From Octopus vulgaris (Eukaryota): a DNA stretch of 64,000 nucleotides. The stretch lies in assembly GCA_951406725.2 (NCBI GenBank), contig OX597814.1, positions 106,764,001-106,828,000 of the forward strand, read 5' to 3'. Below the pieces are notes generated by a model. It was not told the origin of the DNA, made no database searches, and saw nothing but the letters and a program-made list of their open reading frames with translations. Each line of letters opens with the position of its first letter. The stretch's first letter is position 1. Positions 41,782 to 55,309 of the stretch are shown here, piece by piece. Made by a program: the position numbers and the translations under genes.

Positions 41782-41824
41782 ACCTCTGATGAGAACCTAA
41801 TATGGTCCGAAAATCGATTACGGT
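41782..41824 (+). ncRNA. Minimal hammerhead motif, unit 1
   Basis: ACCT-CTGATGA-GAACC taata TGGTCC-GAAA-ATCGAT-TA-CGGT; one stem I mismatch. Confidence 0.72.
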
Positions 41825-42082
41825 TGCTCATCATTTTTTCAGCCTGTGGAGAAATGGCTAAAATTTGCCCTGTTTATAATTATCCCCTATGTTACATATT
41901 TATTACACCATACCTTGATACTGTGTGAACTAAGATCCCAGTTGACAGGTGGCTGGTATTTATAGAATGTTAAACACTTTCGGTATGCAAATTAAGGACC
42001 CCTTCATAGAGTAACTACTGAATGTGTTGAGTATATAAACAGTTTGGCTGCTTGCTTCTCTGGAGACTTTCAGAATGCTGTA

Positions 42083-42136
42083 GACGCCTCTGATGAGAAG
42101 CCCATAATGTTCGAAAATCGATTAAGGCTGTTCGTC
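42083..42136 (+). ncRNA. Minimal hammerhead motif, unit 2
   Basis: GAC-GCCT-CTGATGA-GAA..TTC-GAAA-ATCGAT-TA-AGGC..GTC; palindromic stem III AATCGATT. Confidence 0.8.
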
Positions 42137-42452
42137 ACTTTTTTTTAGTCTGCAAAGAAATGTCTATAAGTTTCTCTGTTTATAATTATACTATGTTACA
42201 TATATATGTGTGTATGTGTGTGTGTACACACACACACATATTCATATACATATATGTGTGTATATGGTTTAATTCAAAATTAAAGATGAAACAAAACGAT
42301 TTGTGATTATTTGTGAAAATGTGTTTTCGGTATCATTAAATTATGAACAGACGTGGTTGGGTGGTTAGGAGCTTACTTCCCAACCACATTGTTCAGGGTT
42401 CAGTCCCACTGACTGGGAAGTGTCTTCTAGTATATCCTCGAACCGACCAGAG

Positions 42453-42522
<70 letters not shown>

Positions 42523-43449
42523 TCTTGTTTCCCTTCCTCGCTAATTCTAACCCAGAAACATTCTCATTGCGTTCTCTTTCTCTCTGTCTCTCTGTCTCTC
42601 TACCTCTCGCTTTCGCTATCTATCTATCTTTCATTGTTTCTCTCACACTTTTTCTCTCTTCCTCTCTATCTCTCTATCTCATCCACTTTCTATCTCCTTC
42701 TGCCTCTCTTTTCCTCTCTCTCTTGCTGTCTCCCTCTCTCCTCCTCTCATCTTCTCTCTCTGTTCTCTTCTCATTTTCTCTCTCTCTCTCTCTTTCTCTC
42801 TCCCTCTCTCCTCCTCTCATTTTCTCTCTATCCTCTCTCCTCCTCTTTCTCTCTCTCTCTCTCTCTCTAGGGAGTCTCCTCTGCAACTCTACTTCCTTAC
42901 CGCCCTATTCTCTCCTCTTATTAGTTCCCATTAATCTTTAAAATAAAACTAAAAGGAACCTTTTTTTGTTAATGTATTTCCCTTCTCTTTTTTTTCCACC
43001 GCAGTAAAAAGAGGTGGGGTGGGACAGAAATGGACGAGCAGGAGGAGAAAGAGGAAGAAGAGGAATAAATAAAAGATAAAAATGAGATGCAATGCGATAC
43101 AAAAAAAAAGTTCTTCAAAATTTTAAAAACAAAACCAAAATTGAAATTTTAAAACAGAAAAACAAAGAACATCAAAGAAAAAGAAAATTCTAAAAATGGT
43201 AAAACCAAACAATGGAACCGTAATAAAAACAACTATTCTAGCAATCAATCTTTCTAAAAATGAAAAAGATCTACGTATAAAAGCAAAATAAAAATGATAT
43301 TTGCCAGCTTTAGGTGGTTGGCGAGGGATGCGGGTAACTCACTGAGCCGTGCCTTCACAACAGACTAACAGTAACTTAGCTTAGGGCTAATTATTGAGGA
43401 CGCTGTGTGTCATAGCGATGCGTTGGATACTACCACAAGCAACAGCCAC

Positions 43450-43572
<123 letters not shown>

Positions 43573-43787
43573 AAAGAGGAGGAGGAGGACATGTTTATAC
43601 TAGATCTAATAGATATTCTTTCAGCCATTTTTTTCTCTGATATATCAATAGAAGAAACTTGGCTAAGCAAATATAATTACAATTAGTTATCGAATCGATA
43701 ATTAAGAAAATAAACATCATATATACATACATACGACCGTCGTGCTAAACAAAGCTTACAGTACACTGTCTTCCCTATCAATCATTT

Positions 43788-43854
<67 letters not shown>

Positions 43855-43877
43855 TCCTTACTGCTAAGTTCCTCGTT

Positions 43878-43914
43878 CGACCGACGAGCGTGATACGTGA
43901 AACCCAGTGTAGCG
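43878..43914 (+). ncRNA. Degenerate minimal hammerhead motif (CCGACGA core)
   Basis: CGA-CCGACGA-GCGT gat ACGT-GAAAC-CCAGT-GTA-GCG, just downstream of (TA)n; weak stem I. Confidence 0.55.
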
Positions 43915-44003
43915 GGAGAGTAAACTTCAATCACTAAAAAACTCTATGTGTCTTTTAGTAGTCTTTTATTTTTGTGTATTTGCTTATGTGAGTGAGTGCT
44001 TGC

Positions 44004-44049
<46 letters not shown>

Positions 44050-44258
44050 ATGTCTGTTTGTGTGTGTGTGTGTGTTTGTTTGTGTGTGTGTGTGCTTTTA
44101 CATCTATTTATATTTTTTTATAGCAAAGGTTGAAAGGTTGTTGTTGGTACACTTACGTTAAGAATTTGATACGGGTTTGTACACAAACACACAATCATGC
44201 AAACGCAGAGGGAGAAAGGGAGGGGGAGCCAGCCAACCAAACAGACAGACAGACAGAC

Positions 44259-44301
<43 letters not shown>

Positions 44302-44416
44302 AAGTGAGAGAAACGTTCAGTTAAACCGTAAGTGCCAATTTTTTTGTTTACTAATCTTTTTTAACTATTACACCCAGCGCCATTTCTGTTGTACAGATAT
44401 CATATTTGTGTGTATG

Positions 44417-44495
<79 letters not shown>

Positions 44496-46779
44496 TGAAT
44501 GGGTCTTTGCCATGGCATACATATAAAAGACGATACTAGTTTTTCGCAACCAAGAAAATAACGCTGGAACCAGCAGGGGTGGGTTTTTATTTTTTACCTT
44601 TTTTTACTCACCTGCTACTCTTCCGTTAAAGGCCGTTTTACGCATAAAAAAAAACAAAACTTTTTTATGATGAATACAGTTGAACATTTCTATAGTAACA
44701 CTTTGTATTAAATTATTCAAGAAATAATTAATGAATACACCTATAAGGTTGGGTAGGGGAAGTATCGGCACCCAGGCAGGGGACGCTTTCTTGCATTCGA
44801 CATCGATTATTTGAACTTAAACTTCCTTGAAACGCTCTCACCGTGAGTTTTGCTTTACATTATTACAAAGAATCAACTTGTAGATCGAATTGTAAATTCT
44901 ATTTATAGTTTATTGGTGTTGTTATTAATTGCTGTTGTTGTTTTTGTTTTTCTTTGTTAATTATTAATTAAAGAAACACCAGTTATTTCTGTCACCTTCG
45001 CCATCTTCGTTGTCTTCATTATTGTCGCCATTATCGTTGATTTGTTGTTGTTTTTCCCGCCATTATTAAAGAGCAATCTATTTAATGTGCTCTTTAAATT
45101 GGTTTGTCTCCCTTCACCTCTGACCTACCGTAGCGCCACTCTTTAATTCACCGTTTCGCGCCATGCTTCATGATTAACTGTTAATATTTCCTCCATTTTC
45201 GTTCTTTGTTTAGTCTACCCTAACAAACAAATGGGGCGGGATGCAGCAGTTTATTAGAAACCTCCTTATTGCTGATCTGGTCTTGTTGTTGTTTTCTTGG
45301 CGCTTGCCCTTGTTGTTGTTATTGTAGTTGTAGTTATTATTTTTCTTGTTGTTGTTCAAGTCTTGGTCATGATGGTTATATTGGTAGAGGCGGTGAAGAT
45401 GCCGTCGCCGTCGTTGTCATCGTAGATTTGTTATAGTTGCGGTGGTTCAGGTAGAGGTGGTGGTGGTGGTGGTAGTGGTGGTGGTTGTGGTGGTGGTGGT
45501 GGTGGTGGTGGTGGTGGTGGTGGTGGTGGTGGTGGTGGTGGTAGTTGCGACGGTGGTGGTGGTAATCATCATCATCGTGATTTCGTTTTGTTTTTGCCAT
45601 GACTAACGTCGCCCATCATTCTTCATTTCTTGCAAAAATTTCGGGTGAGAAATGAGATTTTTGTGAAGCTAAATGGAAACCAATTCCCACTTACCTCTTG
45701 CTTTATATCGTTCGCCCAGGATACTTCTATTGCAAACGAATTACTGGTATTTATCGTTTTTGAACGTCAAAGCCGACCCTAACATGAATTCACTTCAGAA
45801 TGTAAGGGAACCTCAATTGTCAAAGATTTTCTGTGGTTTAACTTTAAAACAGCGATATTTCTTTAGCTCAGTTCTTAGTTTATTTCCAATTCTGGTCTAT
45901 CTTTATTTAAAGCACGAAATATATAAAAATGATTACAAATTAGTTTATACAATTAAGCGGTATTCAATACAGGTAGACAGAATGAAATAAGTGTTATTCA
46001 ACAAAGCTATATTTTCACAGATCAATGTTAATATGTAAATATTAACAACAAAATGTTAAACGATACATTTTTGAATAAAACTAATCTTATAACAGAAAAT
46101 AAACTCCAGCGACCTGCAATTCTTCACCTTTATCTTAGAATCCCACAGCTTTCTAAACTATTGTTGAATCTACTTCCGTTCTGCTTCGTCTTGCCAGATT
46201 TTGTCACACATCAATGATATTGTGTTGTTAGATTTTTCATTTGGCTTTAAGGGATTTACCATTTTTCATAGATTCCGCTTCCTCTATACAGTTTCCTGTC
46301 TTTTCTTTCTTTGTCTCACATTCGTTACTTATAATGTTAACTCGTCTTTGTTCTATAATCGCTCTTTTGTACTCTTACATTACAAAAGAGCGAATAAGTT
46401 GGTCTTTTATTATATAATATTCACAACAGACTCCAACAGTCTTTCTTTTTGTCAGAAATATATTTTAGTCGTGTCAAATGCTGTATCTGAAATAATGTCG
46501 CTTTTACCAAGTTTTTCCCAATTCATTTACGTCTATGTGAATGTATCATAACTAAATATGTAATATTATAACTAAATGTGTAATATTTAGGTACTTTACA
46601 AGTTCAAATCCCACCGAGTTCAACTTTACCTTTCGTGATCAATAAAATAAAGTACCAGGAAAATACTGGTGGCGATGTAACCGACATGTCCCCCTGCCCC
46701 TCCTCAAAACTGCTGACTTTCCATCCTGAAAACCGTATAGCTGGCCTTAAGAGCCCTAGTACTGTATAAAATTTTATAC

Positions 46780-46837
<58 letters not shown>

Positions 46838-47022
46838 GCAGATTTTTTATCACTCTTTCATGAGTAATAAAAAATCTGCCCATGAGTTAAGATCTTCTAC
46901 TACCATGTTTTCATTGATGAAATTCACCTCTCAGTCTATATACCTACCCTCTTTGTAATGTTGGCAAATGGAATAAGTATAAAAACAATGAACACTGTCA
47001 ATTTAATTTTAATAATTCTATA

Positions 47023-47110
47023 TGTGGCTGAAGAGTGCTCTACATTTTAAAACTGATGTAATACTTACATTATTTAATTAAATGAAGTAGCATGAAGCAA
47101 TCGTACTACA
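47023..47110 (+). ncRNA. Hammerhead motif with long stem II
   Basis: TGTGG-CTGAAGA-GTGCT..AGCAT-GAAGC-AATC-GTA-CTACA. The paralog at about 61015-61215 keeps the canonical GAAAC-GGTC-GTA (61070-61081). Confidence 0.7.
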
Positions 47111-47241
47111 CTACCTTTGGATATCCTTGTTGCTTATTTTGATTATAATCATCCCATTTGATTTATGTGGATAATACCATACCAAATTCTGGTGCCTTTA
47201 ACTTAAGTACCATATTCTTCTGAATTTAAACTTTTGCTGAA

Positions 47242-47326
<85 letters not shown>

Positions 47327-47329
47327 ATA

Positions 47330-47542
47330 CTGATTTCAAATTTTGGCACAAGGCTAGCAATCTCATGGGGAGGGGTAAGTCGACTACATCCACCCCAGTG
47401 TTTAACTGGTACTTATTTTATCGATTTCGAAAGATGAAAGGCAAAGGCGACCTCGGCGGAATTCGAACTCAGAATGTAAGGACGGACGAAATGCCGCTAA
47501 GCATTTGCCTCGCGTGCTAACGATTCTGCCAGCTCGCCACCT
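47330..47542 (-). mobile_element. SINE family A, alternative-tail subfamily
   Basis: Same head and core as 1493-1723, with tail TTTCAAATTTTGGCACAAGGC. Confidence 0.85.
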
Positions 47543-47769
47543 GGCGGTATTTCATATATATAGAAGAAGGAGCACTCCGTCGGTTGCGACGACGAAGGTC
47601 CCAGCTGATACAATCGTGAAATTAATGTGCAAGTGGCTGAGCACTCCACATACACGTGTACCCTTAACGCCTCTCATTTATTCATTTTATTTCATTTTCA
47701 TTCATTAATGTGTTTTCCAGCCCGCAGCTACTCTGTATACAACCTTTATGGCAAATAAAATGAAATAAA

Positions 47770-47907
47770 GTAGCTTGCTTACCAACCACATGGTTCCGCG
47801 TTCATTCCCACTGCGTGGCACCTTGGGCAAGTGTCTTCTACTATAGCCTCGGGTCGACCAAAGCCTTGTAAGTGGATTTGGTAGACGGAAACTGAAAGAA
47901 ACCCGTC

Positions 47908-47967
<60 letters not shown>

Positions 47968-48200
47968 ATGTATATGTATGTGTGTGTATATGTTTGTGTG
48001 TCTGTGTTTGTCCCCCTCCCCCAACATCGCTTAAACAACCGATGGTGGTGTGTTTGCGTCCCTGTAACTTAGCAGTTCGGCAAAAGAGCCCGATAGAATA
48101 AGTACTAGGCTTACAAAGAATAAGTCGTGGGGTTGATTTGCTCGACTAAAGGCGGTGCTCCAGCATGGCCGCAGTCAAATGACTGAAACAAGTAAAAGAG
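47770..48200 (+). mobile_element. SINE family B, near full length
   Basis: CACCTTGGGCAAGTGTCTTCTACTATAGCC core, internal (TA)n, tail GGTGCTCCAGCATGGCCGCAGTCAAATGACTGAAAC. Confidence 0.92.
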
Positions 48201-48674
48201 AGTTACACAATGTAACGGAGAGGATGGGGTGAAAGGCCAAAGATTACACGAATCTAGCAGAAGAACTAAGCCGTTATTGCAGTTAACGAATATATCTTTA
48301 TTCCTACATGTACTAAGACATTGATAAATTATCTGCCAAGGTTGACATAGACGCATTTCATGAAATATCAATACCAGCATCGTTGTTCATATTGCTAAGG
48401 AATTCTTACACATCGTTTGTCCTTTTTTGTTTATCTTAAACATATTTGTTAATCTTAATCAGTTAATTTTAAACAACCGTGTTAATCTTGATAGGATTTT
48501 TTTTTTATTAATATATCTATGACTTATGTGGGGATGGTGGTTCCATTGAACATTCTCGTTAACCCTGAGTATTTTCATTAACAGGGACCACCCTTAATAA
48601 ACTTTTAACACTTCGACGTATTTAATCCAAGTTGTTCTATTTTCAAACAAGATTTATTTCTCAAACAACAAAAT

Positions 48675-48741
<67 letters not shown>

Positions 48742-48918
48742 CTGTAGTTCTTAATGCAGTCGTATATTCCTTCTGTCTGTATGTATGTCAGGTGAAATAT
48801 TTGTGTATGCGTGTTTCAAAGTAAATATTATTATGAATATTTGTATTTCTGTATTTCAACGATGATCTCTCTCCCTGCCTCTCTCTCTCCCTCTCTCTTT
48901 CTCCTTCTTTCTTTCTCT

Positions 48919-48963
<45 letters not shown>

Positions 48964-49372
48964 TCTCATGTGACATTTTATATGTCATTTTCCTGTCGGG
49001 GCTGGAAAAACAAACCAAATTACGAGTTATTTGATTTGATTTTAGAAAAACAAGGAACACCGCAACCAAATTTACCGGAAGTGATGACAAATTACACAAT
49101 CATTGAAACGATTTGCATAAAAGCAAATGATTAAAGACTAATCGTTTCTAGAAGTTTCTGTTGTTTGTTTTACTTTTTTTTAATGAGTGAAATAAAATCA
49201 TATTCGGGAAATTAATTGACAAACCATATTTCTGTTTAATTATTTTCTTACATAAACAAATTAGTGAAACAGAACAGTTGTTTATAAAATTAGATTTGTA
49301 TTCGCAGGGAATAAAATGTGGAAAATATGATTATTTTGTTCATTTTTTTACTGAATTGTAACGTTTCTGATG

Positions 49373-49645
49373 TGAAGGCGCGTGGCCTGTTGGTTAGGCT
49401 GTTGCTCTAGCGATCGCCGGTTCAATTCCGGGGCCGTGCGGTGCATTGTGTTCTTGGGCAAAACACTTCATTTCACGTTGTCCCAATCCTGTGACGGGAT
49501 AGCCAACCAATCGAGGGTGAGGTGGGGAGAAATGGTGGCCCGTTTTCATTCGAAGGCTAAAAAACAGAAAATGACGGAAAGCGCATTGTGACCAGCGATG
49601 TGTAACAACATCCGATAGTCTGGTCGTTCACGTGATCACGTGATA
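49373..49645 (+). mobile_element. tRNA-derived SINE, family C
   Basis: GGCGCGTGGCCT..TGGTTAGG A-box, GGTTCAATTCC B-box, TTCTTGGGCAAAACACTT CORE-like segment, (CACGTGAT)2 tail. Confidence 0.7.
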
Positions 49646-49834
49646 TAATGTTTCCGACATACGATCATATTCGAATGTGTTTCGAAGGACAACGGTTGAT
49701 GGAGACGAAGGGGGTGATTGGTAAGCTGCTAAAGGCAAGTAGCACACTGAATCACTTAATGTCCCTTTTAACAGGCGCCATGAGATGGTGCGGATCAATA
49801 AGCAGAAGAGATACTGCATATGTCTTCTATATTT

Positions 49835-50030
49835 TAGACATTAGACTGCGGCCATGCTGGGGCACCACCTTGAAGAATTTTTAGTCGAACAAATCGACCC
49901 CAGTATTTATTTTGTAAAGCCAGGTGCTTATTCTATCGGCCCATTTTTGCCGAATCGCTAAGTTATGGAGAAATAAATACACGAACACCGGTTATCAAGC
50001 GATGGTAGGAACAAACGCATAGACAAAGAC
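49835..50030 (-). mobile_element. SINE family B-related, 3' half
   Basis: GACTGCGGCCATGCTGGGGCACC is the reverse complement of the LINE/SINE shared tail. Confidence 0.82.
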
Positions 50031-50176
50031 ACATACGCGCACACACACACACATATAATAGATACATTCTGTCAATTTGTGTGTTTGTTCGTTTATTTCT
50101 CCTCCAAAATGAAAGTAAATGTTCAAGGGAAACTATTATGCTTTTTCATCTTATTTTATCTTAAATCTTATATATG

Positions 50177-50250
<74 letters not shown>

Positions 50251-50319
50251 CAATAATAAATCTCTGAACCAGATGTAAACAGTAACTGCACGACAATGTA
50301 AGGTATACTAGCCATCTTA

Positions 50320-50775
50320 ATATGGCTAACCACTAAGGGTGGGTGTTACTGTAGCTTGTAGCCCCAGGAGATCATCGTCTCCAGCTGGCTTTAGGCACAC
50401 TTTTTGTGCCTTTATGGTATTTGCAAAGGGAGGTCATCCCTCCCTCGTCAACCCAGGTGACACGCACGGACTGCAGTTTCTAGGTGTTTACCTGTCTTGC
50501 TTGCATAGTTTTTCGAGATCAGTGACAAAAAGTTACTGAAAAAACGATATAAAGATTTGCATTGGGACTCCCTTCATCGACAACCGGTGACTGCCGTACG
50601 CTGAAGACAGGCAAAAACCTAGAAACTGCAGTCCGTGCGTGTCACCTAGGTTGACGAGGGAGGGATGACCTCCCTTTGCAAATACCATAAGGGCACAGAA
50701 ACTGTGCCTAAAGCCAGCTGGAGACGATGATCTCCAGGGGCTACAAGCTACAGTAACACCCACCCTTAGTGGTTA

Positions 50776-50782
<7 letters not shown>
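50320..50782. repeat. Inverted repeat, arms about 180 bp, containing a hammerhead
   Basis: 50320-50498 is the reverse complement of 50604-50782; the right end runs into (TA)n. Confidence 0.95.
50595..50639 (+). ncRNA. Minimal type-I hammerhead ribozyme
   Basis: CGTACG-CTGAAGA-C AGG caaaaa CCT A-GAAAC-TGCA-GTC-CGTGCG: 6-bp stem I, palindromic stem III ACTGCAGT, GUC cleavage triplet. Confidence 0.82.
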
Positions 50783-50816
<34 letters not shown>

Positions 50817-51000
50817 ATATAAATGATATATAAATATATGCATTTATACATACATATATGTACATACCTACATACATATGTATATATACATGCATATATA
50901 CATATGCATGTACAGGACATAAAAACAAAAACATAGAAAACTAACTGTTTTACGAACAACGAAAAAACAGAGAAACAAGAACATTCCCTTCATCAGTTGT

Positions 51001-51563
51001 CCCTTGCCTCATCTACTCCGCGTTCCGACGGTAAGGACAAGATGCGACTTCGTTAAAACAATCCTTCCCGCAAAGCAAACCAAACAAAATTTGGGATTTT
51101 CTGCGGAGGGTGAAAGTGGCAACAAAAACAGGTCAGCGAGAACAAAACAGTAAAAACAAACGGTGAGGGCTGTTAAGCCAAGACGATGTGAAGTGGTGCA
51201 CGCTTGGTAAAATGAGCTTTGAGAAGAGACAGATAAAAGCACGTCTTGTCATTATAAAGGATGTGGAAGAATGAGAGAACGACTATTCTCTCTTTCTCCC
51301 TCTTCCTTCCTAAAGACAAGACGTGCTTTTATCTGTCTCTTCTCAAAGCTTGTTTTTCCTAGCGTGCACCACTTCACATCATCTTGGCTTAACAGCCCTC
51401 ATCGTTTGTTTTTACTGTTTTGTTCTTACTGTTCTGTTTTTGTTGCCACTTTCACCCTCCGCAGAAAATCCCAAATTTTGTTTGGTTTGCTTTGCGGGAA
51501 GGATTGTTTTAACGAAGTCGAATCTTGTCCTTACCTTCGAAACGCAGAGTAGATGAGGCAGGG
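51001..51563. repeat. Inverted repeat, arms about 250 bp
   Basis: 51001-51250 is the reverse complement of 51315-51563; a related single copy lies at about 61690-62000. Confidence 0.95.
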
Positions 51564-52019
51564 AATCTTGCAAAACAAATTCATAAACGTCGTGTCTTTT
51601 TTTTTTTTTTTAGTTCTCATCATTGTTTGGATCGGTTCCCATCGTGTGTGTTTTGTTAAAATATTTGTCAAGGATGGTGAAACTGGGAGAGCTTTTGCTG
51701 CTCCCTGTATTTCTGAATTATTTAACGCCTAAGAAACATGTGTTGATTTCTCTGCACAGTTTCTAAAAGATTTGGAAGCTGATGAGAGGCAGACATGTCC
51801 ATGAAAATTAAATATTTCTAAGCATTTAGTTTCGTTCCTCGACTATTTGAGTTCAAATCCCTTATGATTTTTCTTGATTTTGGTACGGTTGGAATCGATA
51901 AAATGAAATGATATTGATCTACTCCGAACGTCGATTCAACCGACAGCAAACTCATCTTTTGTAATAAGTTAAGCATTGGTAAACAAGTGGTCAGTAAGAT
52001 CTGGACACCTTTATATCGT

Positions 52020-52400
52020 GGTACTCCGTCGGTTACGACGACGAGGGTTCCAGCTGATCCAATCAATGAAACAGCCTGCTCGTGAAATTAACTTGCAAGT
52101 GGCTGAGCACTCCACAGACATGTATACTCTTAACATAGTTCTCGGGGAGATTCAGCGTGACACAGAGTGTGACAAGGATGGCCCTTTGAAATACAGGTAC
52201 AACAGAAAGAGGAAGACAGAGTGAGAGAAAGTTGTGGTGAAAGAATACAGCAGCCTTCGCCACCGCCCACTGCCGGATCCTCGTGGAGCTTTAGGTGTTT
52301 TCGCTCAATAAATACTCACAACGCCCGGTCTGGGAATCGAAACCATGATCCTACGACCGAGAGTCCACTGCCCTAACCACTGGGCCATTGCACCTCTACA
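52020..52400. mobile_element. SINE-like interspersed repeat (family D) with a minus-strand tRNA-like head at the right end
   Basis: ACTCCGTCGGTT.CGACGACGA.GG...CAAGTGGCTGAGCACTCCACA shared with 47570-47670; minus strand GCAATGGCCCAGTGGTTAGG..GGTTTCGATTCCC. Confidence 0.75.
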
Positions 52401-52503
52401 CACCCTTATAACAAAAGGATTGACAGTAGACCATTAGATGTGGCCACGGCAGCGAAATTTCGGGGTAAACATCAAAGGTGTTCGTGTATGTGCGTGTTTG
52501 TGA

Positions 52504-52569
<66 letters not shown>

Positions 52570-52712
52570 GGCTAATTATGAAAACCAAGGAACACTAATT
52601 TGTTTATTTCAGTAAAGATCCAGTTCCTTTCTTTGAAAAAACCTGGATTCAGTTTTCAGAAGGAAAAGAAAATAAATACGTAGAAGTCGCTTCGTTACCC
52701 ACAAAAAGTATT

Positions 52713-53251
52713 GGCTTCAAACTTTGGCGCAAAGCCAGTAGTTTCAGGGGAGGGGGTAAGTGGATTACATTGACCCCAGTACACGACTGGTATTTACTTT
52801 ATCGACGTGGAAAGGATTAAAAAGTAAATCGACCTCGGCGGAATTTGAACTCAGAACGTAAAGACAGACGAAATACCTATTTCTTTACAACTCACAAGGG
52901 GCTAAACACAGAGAGGACAAACAAGGACAGACAAACGGATTAAGTTGATTATATTGACCCCAGTGCGTAACTGGTACTTAATTTATCGACCACGAAAGGA
53001 TGAAAGGCAAAGTCAACCTCGGCGGAATTTGAACTCAGAACGTAGAGACAGACGAAATACCTATTTCTTTATTACCCACAAGGGGCTAAAGACAGAGGGG
53101 ACCAACGAGGACAGACATAGGTATTAAGTCGATTACATCGACCTCAGTGCGTAACTGGTACTTAATTTATCGACCCCGAAAGGATGAAAGGCAAAGTCGA
53201 CCTCGGTGGAATTTGAACTCAGAACGTAGAGACAGACGAAATACCGCTAAG
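52713..53251 (-). mobile_element. SINE family A, head-to-tail trimer
   Basis: Three body units joined at GAAATACC|TATTTC (52877/8 and 53061/2). Confidence 0.9.
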
Positions 53252-53611
53252 AATAACTGAAACTAGGAAACTGGCGAGCAGAGTTGACTCTACACAACAG
53301 CTTTCACTGAATTTATTCTTAACATTGTAGTCTAACGTGTGCTGAGGGTTGAAAGGCTCAAACATTCAAATATTTAGGGGAGACGAATAATCAGTGAGAT
53401 GAAACAGAGCTCTAAATTCTATTTAAATCTTTCTCCATTTCAAAATCATGACTGCATTACTCCCCCACCTTTCTCTCTCTCTTTCTTTCTCTTTATGTAC
53501 TTATATATATATATATATACACACACATACATCTATATATATATGTATACATATATATATACAGACATACATCTATATATATATGTGTGTGTGTATACAC
53601 ACACACATTCA

Positions 53612-53643
<32 letters not shown>

Positions 53644-53896
53644 CATATACACACACACATTCATATATATATAGAGAGAGAGACATAGATATATAGATAT
53701 ATATCTATATGTATGTATACATCTATATATATATATACACACATTCATCTATATATATACACACACACATACATTTATATATAAATATATATATATATAT
53801 ACATCTATATATATATATATATATACATACATACATCTATAGATATACACACACACACTCATACATCTATATATATATATATTTATACACACATAC

Positions 53897-54071
<175 letters not shown>

Positions 54072-54421
54072 TACATTACACTTGGCCATACTGTTGCTGA
54101 ATAACGACATTGATTTTTGTTTTATCCCTGGTTATTTTTATCGCCATTTTAAAATATTTTTATTTCCTAATATATAGTTTAACTTAAATATGATTCAGTC
54201 CTTCTTTGTTTTCCCGTTTCATCATTCTATCATCCCGCTTATTCTACTAATGCACGTGGACATAGTTTTTCATACATTTTTAATTAGGTGATGTGTTTTT
54301 GTGTTCACTTTCATATCGTTTCGCTTCTATAGTTTTCCTTTTACACATTTTTTTTCTTTATTAAAACACACTTAAAATTAGCGTTACATTCATACATATA
54401 TATATATGTATGTATGTGTAG

Positions 54422-54520
<99 letters not shown>

Positions 54521-55163
54521 CATATATATATATACATATATATATATACATATATAAATATACATATATATATATATATATATACATACATATATATATA
54601 TATATACATATATATATACACATATGTGTGTGTGTGTATATATGTATATATATTCACATACGTATGACCATGTTTGCTTGTATGACTGTGTATGTGAGTG
54701 TGTACGTGTATCTACGTTTGTGTGTATCTACGTGTGTGTGTGGTGATCTTTGTTTTTAACACTACTTTTTACCGAACGACATTATTTTTCAACACTTTAA
54801 GACTCTTTCCTGTTTGAACTAAAGATAATTTTTTTTTAAATTCATTTTATGTTTCCTATTTTAGTAATTATATTACAACTTGTTAGCTATTTATGTTAGT
54901 ATTATATTTTTATTTCCACATTAATTTGCTACAGTTTGCTAAAACAGTATTTTAAAACACAGCTAAATCGCCATTTTTTGTCTCTTATTTTCTTTTATCC
55001 CACTTCTCTATTTTACCACGATTTTCCACTCACTGCAACATCTTCAAATATGATGTGTTGATCGAGTGCTTGGGTTTTAACGAATTTTTATTCACACCAA
55101 CACTATCAGATTTTTTTTCGTTCATTTTAGCCGTATAATTCTCTATCCACTCCTGGTTTAGTG

Positions 55164-55200
<37 letters not shown>

Positions 55201-55210
55201 TGTATGTATG

Positions 55211-55264
<54 letters not shown>

Positions 55265-55309
55265 TGTATGTTTGTATGTATGTGTATATATATATATATA
55301 TATATATAG

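Larger units (their letters stand above)
41735..42200 (+). mobile_element. Partial tandem repeat (about 304-bp period, about 1.5 units), each unit carrying a hammerhead motif; PLE pLTR or retrozyme-like
   Basis: ACAGTTTGGCTGCTTGCTTCTCTGGAGACT at 41735 and 42039; flanked by (TA)n-like tracts. Confidence 0.8.

Noticed and set aside
50725-50780. GGGGCTACAAGC resembling a twister ribozyme loop
   Set aside because: The required pseudoknots and conserved cleavage context could not be assembled.
52878-53251. Regularly spaced repeats resembling a CRISPR array
   Set aside because: Units are about 180-bp SINE bodies without unique spacers; eukaryotic context and no cas genes.
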